A stretch of 64,000 nt of DNA from an uncultured candidate division Zixibacteria bacterium (GTDB lineage: Bacteria > Zixibacteria > MSB-5A5 > UBA10806 > 4484-95). Under the pieces are notes generated by a model. That model saw only the letters and a list, made by a program, of their open reading frames with translations, was not told where the DNA came from and made no database searches. Each line of letters opens with the position of its first letter. Within the stretch, counting starts at the first letter, position 1. The stretch covers positions 544,001 through 608,000 of the forward strand of contig CAXXKA010000006.1 in NCBI GenBank assembly GCA_963668625.2. Reading direction: 5' to 3'. Below, piece by piece: positions 57,150 through 64,000 of this stretch. The position numbers and the translations under genes are program-made.

Positions 57150-59153
57150 TTAATTCTTTGCTGTCTTGAACAGATGCCAGCAGAGAACGATGAACACCGC
57201 GGTTGCTATTACCATACTGATGATTTCACCTGTTGAATTAGCCCAGAACCGGCCAATGAGATGCCGCATCGAATCGAGCAGGAATATCTTCTCACCGGCA
57301 GAATCCGCACCTACCGGGATTACAGCAGTAGCCGCCAACAATACGCCTACCAGCCCGAAACCAGCCACCAATCCGGAGGAATACAAAACGCCGTTATCGG
57401 AATCGGATGTTTTGCCACCAGCCAATTTATCACGGTAATGACGGATCAGTCCACCGACGAATATCGGAGTAGTTGTCTCGAGAGGCAGGTACAGACCGAC
57501 CGCGGCCGGCAGTGACGGTATCTTGAAAATCTCGAATATCGCGGCAATACCTGCGCCGATTGCCACCAATATCCAGGGGATATTTTGATCGATAACGCCG
57601 CGGACTACGAAACTCATGAGTGTGGCCTGTGGCGCGGCGAGTTCGGCTTTGCCGTTTATCGGCGAGGGCGCCTCGGCGAAACCATAGGCATGATACAGAG
57701 CAATTAAAGTGAAACCCAGCACGGCGGCGGAGGTTAGCGTGCCGATGAACTCGCCTATTTGCTGTTTGCTGGGAGTGGCGCCGATAAGGAAACCGGTTTT
57801 CAAATCCTGTGAGGTATCGCCGGATGTACAGGCGGCCATACAGACAACCGCGCCTATTGTCAGGGCGGCGATTTTCGCCCAGTCGCCGGTCATACCGAAC
57901 ATCACGAATATTATAGCGGTACCAAGCAGGGTGGCAATTGTCATGCCCGATACGGGGGAGGAGGTAGAGCCGACCAGCCCGACTATTCGGGAGGCAACGG
58001 TCACGAAGAAGAACGAGAATATCACGACCAATATCGAGGCTAACGCCGCCGAACCGACAGTCATATTTTCCAGGCCGAAGAACATTGCTATTGCCAGTAT
58101 GATAATCACTATGATTGAAATCCAGAGAACCAGCTTGATTGGCAGATCTCTATCGGTACGTTTGGTTGAGGAGGTATCCACACCTTTCATCATTTGTCTC
58201 GCGCCTAATTTGAACGATTCGATGATGGTCGGTATGGATTTGATAAGTGTAATAATGCCACCGAAAGCTACGGCCCCGGCGCCGATGAACCTGATGAAAT
58301 AATGCCAGATATCATCCGCGCTCAAGGCGGCAATGCTGTCGATATCGTTGGCCTGTTTAACCGAATCGAGAAAGCCGAGGCTGTCACCGAAATAGGCTAG
58401 AAGCGGAATCAGTAAAAACCAGGATATGGCTCCGCCGATTACCATGATGGTGGAGATATAGCGTTTCAAGATATAGCCGACTCCAAGCAGGGCCGGATTT
58501 ACCTCGAGTGAAACCACCATGCTTTTTATGAATACTACGGGAAATCTTATGGTCCCAGCGAACATACTGAAACCGGCCCTGGCCAATTCCATCAGCGCGC
58601 CGATACCCAATCCGACGAATACGTGACGGGCGGAGGCGCCACCGATATCGGCTGACTTTATCACCTCGGCACAGGCTGTGCCCTCTGGGAACGGCAGGTT
58701 GCCGTGTTCGCGTTTTATCAGGTACTGGCGAAGAGGTATCATGAACGTAACGCCGAGTATACCGCCGATAGCGGCCACGATAGTAATGGTTATAACTTGC
58801 ATTCCGTAGGTGGCATCCCAGCCGAGCATGAACATGGCGGGAATGGTGAAAATCACGCCGGCCGCCAGAGATTCCCCGGCCGAACCGATAGTCTGCGCCA
58901 TGTTGGTTTCGAGCGGGCTGCCTTTTTTTGCTTTAAAAAACTTGTGCAGCGTCGTGAATACAGCTACGGACATCACCGAAACAGGAATGGAAGCCGAGAT
59001 AGTCAAACCGGATATCAAACCTACATAAGCGTTTGCCCAGGCGAATAAAATGCCCAGGGATGTTCCAATGATTATTGCTTTAACCGTAATTTCGGCTCGA
59101 TTCTCATTATGTTTGATATAAGGTTGGTAATTATCGCCGTTTGATGATGCCAT
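57150..59153 (-). CDS. OPT-family oligopeptide transporter
   Basis: YVGL.SGLTISASIP, FPEGTACAEV, SPVSGM, QDLKTG.LIGATP, APQATLM. Confidence 0.92.
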   Translation of the reverse strand: MASSNGDNYQPYIKHNENRAEITVKAIIIGTSLGILFAWANAYVGLISGLTISASIPVSVMSVAVFTTLHKFFKAKKGSPLETNMAQTIGSAGESLAAGVIFTIPAMFMLGWDATYGMQVITITIVAAIGGILGVTFMIPLRQYLIKREHGNLPFPEGTACAEVIKSADIGGASARHVFVGLGIGALMELARAGFSMFAGTIRFPVVFIKSMVVSLEVNPALLGVGYILKRYISTIMVIGGAISWFLLIPLLAYFGDSLGFLDSVKQANDIDSIAALSADDIWHYFIRFIGAGAVAFGGIITLIKSIPTIIESFKLGARQMMKGVDTSSTKRTDRDLPIKLVLWISIIVIIILAIAMFFGLENMTVGSAALASILVVIFSFFFVTVASRIVGLVGSTSSPVSGMTIATLLGTAIIFVMFGMTGDWAKIAALTIGAVVCMAACTSGDTSQDLKTGFLIGATPSKQQIGEFIGTLTSAAVLGFTLIALYHAYGFAEAPSPINGKAELAAPQATLMSFVVRGVIDQNIPWILVAIGAGIAAIFEIFKIPSLPAAVGLYLPLETTTPIFVGGLIRHYRDKLAGGKTSDSDNGVLYSSGLVAGFGLVGVLLAATAVIPVGADSAGEKIFLLDSMRHLIGRFWANSTGEIISMVIATAVFIVLCWHLFKTAKN

Positions 59154-59608
59154 GTAACCTCCTAAAGCGACAGGCTATTAGAATTAAGCTGCTCGGCAGT
59201 AAGTTTATTTCTTTTAGGTATGACAGTCAAGCGAAAAGCCGGGGGGAATGCTGGGGGCAATGAAGGTGATAGTGCTTTGCTATAAATATCGTGGATAGAG
59301 TACGCCATCGCGCTTCAACAGGTTGAGCCGTAAATTATGGTTTAAGGCGAGGATGCCTGCTTGCCGCGAAAGTAGAAGGGGGCTCATACGCAGCTATAAG
59401 TATTTATCAATTAAACAATTATTTTTAAGTACACCTTTATTGTTCTCAATATAAATTAATTAGGTTATAGGTATTATATGCATTGAAAAGATATAAATAT
59501 TATTTGCGCCGGGATGAAATATATACTAACTTTAGTTGTATATATTAAGAGAACATTAATGATGGATGCCGACAGTATGCCGGTGTAGGATAAATAGAAG
59601 CAGGAAGC

Positions 59609-62548
59609 TTGCCTATGAAGCGATTGCTAACTGTTTGTATTACAGTAGCGCTCCTTTTACCCAACGCCTATAGTCAGGATGAGGATTATCCCCTGATAAG
59701 CGATTATGTTCATTTTCAATCACTCGAGCATAATTCAGGGGAGATCAGTATGTCCGTGACTAGCTATGGTGTGCTGGGTTCATATGCGAAAGACAGGTTC
59801 GATTCGGAAACGGGCCAGCCTGCCGTCTCACTCGAATATCCATCCGGGTTGGAATTGAACATTCTATATATGGGAGCTCTTTGGATCGGTGGCGTAGTAG
59901 AGGATACTCTTCAGCCGGGGCATCTCGATACACTCGTTTCCATAGGTGATGATGGCTGGTGGTACGATGTCAACGAGTTCTCGGCCGGAGATGGCTCGGA
60001 TGAGATTATCCATCGCGAGCAGCGAGACGCCGATCAGGAGATAGTGACAGCTTATTATGATACGCTTATCGAGAGAGTCCATCCCGATCCCATCGATGAG
60101 CGAGATCATTTGCCGTTGGGATTGAAAGTCACCCAACATAGCAGCTCATGGAGCTCGAGAGGTTACGATGAATTCATTATCGTAAATTATAGCATAGAAA
60201 ATATATATGACAGGGATGTCTCGAATGCTTATATCGGGATTCTTTTAGATAGCGAAATCGGCCGCCTGACAAATTATCCCGGCGGTTGGTGGATTGGCTC
60301 TGATGATCTTGGCGGGTACTTGCATTATCACGATAAGCCCGTAGTTTGGCTGGCCGATAATGACGGTGATCCGAGGAGTGACGGATATCGTGAGAATTCG
60401 CCGGATAATGTAGTTGGAATGATGTTGCTTGGCTTCTCCGGAGATGAGACTCGGTTAAGCTATAATTGGTGGATATCGAATTCAGAATCGGAGTACGACT
60501 GGGGACCACAACTGCAGGCCAACTATGATATCTGGGGTGATTTTGGCGGCGGCGGCAAGGGGACTCCCGGCGGCGATATCTCGAGATATCAGCTTATGTC
60601 TAACGGCGAGATCGATTACGACCAGGTTTACTGCGGCTTAGACTGGACCGAGGCGGGCTGGATCGAAAACAGCAGTTCACCGAATGATATTGAAGCTGAA
60701 GGGCATGATAATCTGTGCATATTGTCGGTAGGGCCATTCGATCTCGAGGCCGGTAGCGTGGAGAGTTTGACGGTAGCTTTCGTGGCGGGGCGCTCACTGC
60801 ATCGCAATACGGATAATTTCGAGACCTATCTCGAGGGACATACCGAAGATTCGCTTTCTATCGCCGCATATTATAACAATTTGGATTTCACCGCTTTATA
60901 CGCCAACCTCGATACGGTGCTGGCTTATTACGAATCAGGTTGGGAGAACATTCCAATCGGCGCTCCGGAGGAATTCAGGATATCTGCCTGGAACACTAAT
61001 AGTATCAAACTCAGTTGGCAAGCTCACGGCCATCGGATGTTAAACGGGTATAATATATATAGAGGAACGGAACCCGGCAGCTATGAGCCGGTACCTATTA
61101 CACCTGAAAGCTATAACGATACGATGTTCGTTGATTATGACGTATCCGATAATACAACGTACTACTATATTATTCGTTCGGAAAATATATCCGGTATAGA
61201 GGGCGGCTTATCCGGTGAGATTTCAATCAATACCGGCCAACCGCAAACACCATCGGGATTGAATATAATCGCCGGTAATAGAAGGGTGGATTTGGAATGG
61301 CTGCCTAACAGTGATGATGATCTGGCGGGCTATATAATTATGAGTAGTAGCAGCCATCAGGATACATTCGCGGTTCTGGATACGGTTTTAACTAATTCTT
61401 ACTCGGAGAGTAATCTTCTGAATGGCGTAAAATACTATTATAAGGTGCTGGCTATAGATGAGTATAGTAACGTTTCGTTTGCCTCGGATTCCATCCACGC
61501 CATACCGATGGCGTTCGATTCGGGGATTATGTTTATCAATGCCAATCGCAGTGAATGGAGTTATAATCCGGATTATGATTCTATGCTCGTGTTTTACGAA
61601 CAAATACTCGAGGGCTACCCGCACATGATAGCCTACGAGTGCCCGGAGGATTTAAGCCAGCTTTCACCGTATTCGACTATAATATGGTGTAAGGAACTTA
61701 TCGCGGGGCGATTTTATTTCGAGGCTCCCCTTCAAGATTACAGGGATTTATTCGCCGATTATCTCGATGCGGGTGGGCAATTGATATTGGCCGGTACGCG
61801 AATCTCGAGCCGTTTGAACAGCAACTACCCCCGTGAATTTTATGAAGAGGAATTTCAGCGCAAGTACTTAAACCTTCTCTCCATATCATACCCGGAATAT
61901 ATTAATAACGAGTTTCTTGGCGGATTCGGTATAAGCGAGGATTATCCTGACTTTTTCGTGGATACCGAAAAAGCCAATCGTATGACCTGGCCCGAACCGA
62001 ATGAGACCGGCAGATTGTTCGGAGTCGGGGCATTCGAACCGGCGGATACCTCGGAAGTGATTTACTATTTCAATGCCGTATCGCCGGATACCTCCGATTT
62101 GCATATCAGGCCGATAGGTTTAATACATGCCACCGATACGTTTAAAGTCGCCCTGCTGGAATTCCCTCTATACTATATGGATAATCTGGCGGCGAATGAG
62201 TTTATCGATAATCTATTGAATCAATTCGAGACCCGTGTAGAAATAGTCGATTTTAACGCGCCTATCCCGGAGATCGTGGATTTGATGCAGAATTACCCCA
62301 ATCCGTTCAATTATCGTACCGAGATTCGTTACTTCCTGCCTGCCGATATGAGGGTTAGGCTGGAGGTGTTCGATATTCTAGGCAGAAGTATTATCACATT
62401 AGTTGATGAGCAACAATCGGGTGGTTTGCATTCGGTCAGTTGGGATGGCAAAAACTCCGAGGGTGTTCCGGCAACCTCGGGAATCTATTTCTACCGTCTT
62501 ACCACCGGCGAGAGTATTACCGCCAGACGCATGGTATACCTTAAATAG
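59609..62548 (+). CDS. Large secreted protein with FN3 domains and T9SS-type C-terminal domain
   Basis: Signal peptide (probable ATG 59615), GYNIYR / YYY FN3 motifs twice, QNYPNPFN tail. Confidence 0.78.
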   Translation: MPMKRLLTVCITVALLLPNAYSQDEDYPLISDYVHFQSLEHNSGEISMSVTSYGVLGSYAKDRFDSETGQPAVSLEYPSGLELNILYMGALWIGGVVEDTLQPGHLDTLVSIGDDGWWYDVNEFSAGDGSDEIIHREQRDADQEIVTAYYDTLIERVHPDPIDERDHLPLGLKVTQHSSSWSSRGYDEFIIVNYSIENIYDRDVSNAYIGILLDSEIGRLTNYPGGWWIGSDDLGGYLHYHDKPVVWLADNDGDPRSDGYRENSPDNVVGMMLLGFSGDETRLSYNWWISNSESEYDWGPQLQANYDIWGDFGGGGKGTPGGDISRYQLMSNGEIDYDQVYCGLDWTEAGWIENSSSPNDIEAEGHDNLCILSVGPFDLEAGSVESLTVAFVAGRSLHRNTDNFETYLEGHTEDSLSIAAYYNNLDFTALYANLDTVLAYYESGWENIPIGAPEEFRISAWNTNSIKLSWQAHGHRMLNGYNIYRGTEPGSYEPVPITPESYNDTMFVDYDVSDNTTYYYIIRSENISGIEGGLSGEISINTGQPQTPSGLNIIAGNRRVDLEWLPNSDDDLAGYIIMSSSSHQDTFAVLDTVLTNSYSESNLLNGVKYYYKVLAIDEYSNVSFASDSIHAIPMAFDSGIMFINANRSEWSYNPDYDSMLVFYEQILEGYPHMIAYECPEDLSQLSPYSTIIWCKELIAGRFYFEAPLQDYRDLFADYLDAGGQLILAGTRISSRLNSNYPREFYEEEFQRKYLNLLSISYPEYINNEFLGGFGISEDYPDFFVDTEKANRMTWPEPNETGRLFGVGAFEPADTSEVIYYFNAVSPDTSDLHIRPIGLIHATDTFKVALLEFPLYYMDNLAANEFIDNLLNQFETRVEIVDFNAPIPEIVDLMQNYPNPFNYRTEIRYFLPADMRVRLEVFDILGRSIITLVDEQQSGGLHSVSWDGKNSEGVPATSGIYFYRLTTGESITARRMVYLK

Positions 62549-62656
62549 GCCTATTCCTATAATTTTTAACGATTTAAGCCACTATAGCATGTCTTTTATT
62601 AAATGACTTTTGCTATGAGCCGATATACTTAACAGGATTGGAGTTAATGTAAAGTT

Positions 62657-63418
62657 ATGGATATCGCAACTCTAGGCGGATTAGTAATAGGTGTAGGCGC
62701 GATTATTGTCGCGTTTTTAATGGAGGACGGCCAGCTAACGGCGTTGTTCCATCTGCCGGCAATGATTATAGTGGTAATGGGCGCACTGGGCGCAGCCACT
62801 GTGACCACCTCGCTGAGCACACTGAAAAATATTCCGCGTCTGCTGAAAATCGCCTTCAGGCCGCAAAGTTTCGACCTGGTTGGTTTGATAGATAAAATAG
62901 TCGAGTTGGCCGAAAAAGCCCGTCGTGAGGGCATATTGGGTTTGGAGAAGAATTTCGAGCGAGCGGAAAATCCGTTTTTTAAAAAAGCCATACAGCATGT
63001 CATCGATGGTACCGAGGTGACGCAGCTTCGTAATATACTGGAAACGGATATGGTTTATACCAGCGACAGGCATAAGACCGGTATATTGTTCTTCCAGAAA
63101 TTAGGCGGTTTTTCGCCAACTATGGGCATTATAGGTACAGTGCTGGGATTGATACACGCGCTCTCACAGGTCGATGAACCCTCGCGTATTGCCGGGGCCA
63201 TTGCCGGAGCTTTCATAGCCACCCTGTGGGGAATCGCGCTGGCAAACCTGTGCTACCTGCCTATAAGCGATAAACTCAGATTCAGACATCAGCAAGAGGC
63301 CAAGAGTTACGAGCTGATATTGGAAGGCATGGTTGCCATTCAGTCGGGAGAAAGCCCGCGCTATATAAGGAACAAGCTCTTATCATTCATAACTCCTGAA
63401 CATCGAAACAATAATTAA
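62657..63418 (+). CDS. motA: Stator protein MotA
   Basis: ARREGILGLE, PTMGIIGTVLGLI, AFIATLWG, EG..IQ.GE.P. Confidence 0.9.
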   Translation: MDIATLGGLVIGVGAIIVAFLMEDGQLTALFHLPAMIIVVMGALGAATVTTSLSTLKNIPRLLKIAFRPQSFDLVGLIDKIVELAEKARREGILGLEKNFERAENPFFKKAIQHVIDGTEVTQLRNILETDMVYTSDRHKTGILFFQKLGGFSPTMGIIGTVLGLIHALSQVDEPSRIAGAIAGAFIATLWGIALANLCYLPISDKLRFRHQQEAKSYELILEGMVAIQSGESPRYIRNKLLSFITPEHRNNN

Positions 63419-63429
63419 GCGGGGCGCTC

Positions 63430-64000
63430 ATGTCACCACGGAGACAGACTGGTTTCGATGACGAGGAGAATCTCGATAGATGGCTTCTCACCTACGCCGA
63501 TTTGATAACTCTTCTACTGGCCTTTTTTATCGTCATGTATTCCATATCGCGTATAGATTCCGGGAAGTTCAGTGAGGTAACCAGCGCATTGACCTCGGTA
63601 TTTGCCGGGTCAAAACTCGGTATACAATCGCCGGAGGATTTGAGCTCGGAACTGGCGATCAATAAGCTACTGAACAAAGGAAATCTCGGTGTGCTGGAAA
63701 CCCAGATACAGAAAATAGCGGTTCAGCTTGATGTCGGCAAGCAGTTGAGCACCGATATGCAAGCTCGCGGGCTTATCATACATATCAGCGAATCAGCCTT
63801 TTTCGATCCGGGACAATCGGAGCTTAAAACCGGGGCAAAAATGCTTTTAGACCTGCTATCGGTTCAGCTTCTGAAACTGCCAAACCATCTGAGAGTCGAG
63901 GGACATACTGATAATATCCCTATAAATACGCCTGAATACCCCTCGAATTGGGAGCTTTCTACTGCCAGGGCTATGTCCTGTCTGCGCTACCTGGTGGATA
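63430..64000 (+). CDS. motB: Stator protein MotB (3'-partial; missing from the ORF track)
   Basis: MSPRRQ...RWLLTYADLITLLLAFFIVMY with the conserved Asp; VEGHTDN and NWELSTARA OmpA-like motifs. Confidence 0.9.
   Translation, partial: MSPRRQTGFDDEENLDRWLLTYADLITLLLAFFIVMYSISRIDSGKFSEVTSALTSVFAGSKLGIQSPEDLSSELAINKLLNKGNLGVLETQIQKIAVQLDVGKQLSTDMQARGLIIHISESAFFDPGQSELKTGAKMLLDLLSVQLLKLPNHLRVEGHTDNIPINTPEYPSNWELSTARAMSCLRYLVD

Noticed and set aside
62657-64000. Zorya ZorAB anti-phage system
   Set aside because: MotA is 253 aa with canonical stator motifs and no long cytoplasmic tail; no defence genes nearby

Overview
64 kb of a diderm, probably FCB-superphylum bacterium (Zixibacteria-like is my inference). 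It has sigma70-type TTGACA/TANNNT promoters, Shine-Dalgarno sites, standard genetic code plus selenocysteine, and nine secreted proteins ending in a Por/T9SS-type C-terminal sorting domain. Routine content: ugd, purL, alr, a pilMNOPQ operon, motAB, OPT transporter with M29 peptidase, tRNA-Thr and tRNA-Tyr. Main discoveries: (1) an IS110/IS1111-type element (36730-38182) whose 3' non-coding end carries a readable bridge-RNA-like structure, with guides matching its insertion site (a GGAA-AGGA-TTCC hairpin family carried by a MITE) and its circle junction, plus a second insertion scar and empty or core-mutated targets; (2) two selenoprotein genes split by the ORF caller, each with a GGUC-loop SECIS: a Sec-peroxiredoxin and a secreted UxxC Omp28-like protein in a TlpA / Cys-tailed beta-barrel / 3x Omp28 cluster that may be a trans-outer-membrane redox relay; (3) an EctR-like regulator with an EctR-type operator heading a GNAT, two racemases and a Na+ symporter instead of ectABC; (4) an uncharacterised, apparently leaderless four-gene membrane operon; (5) nested non-autonomous repeats and a peroxiredoxin pseudogene fragment. 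Family assignments come from motif recognition only; no searches were run.
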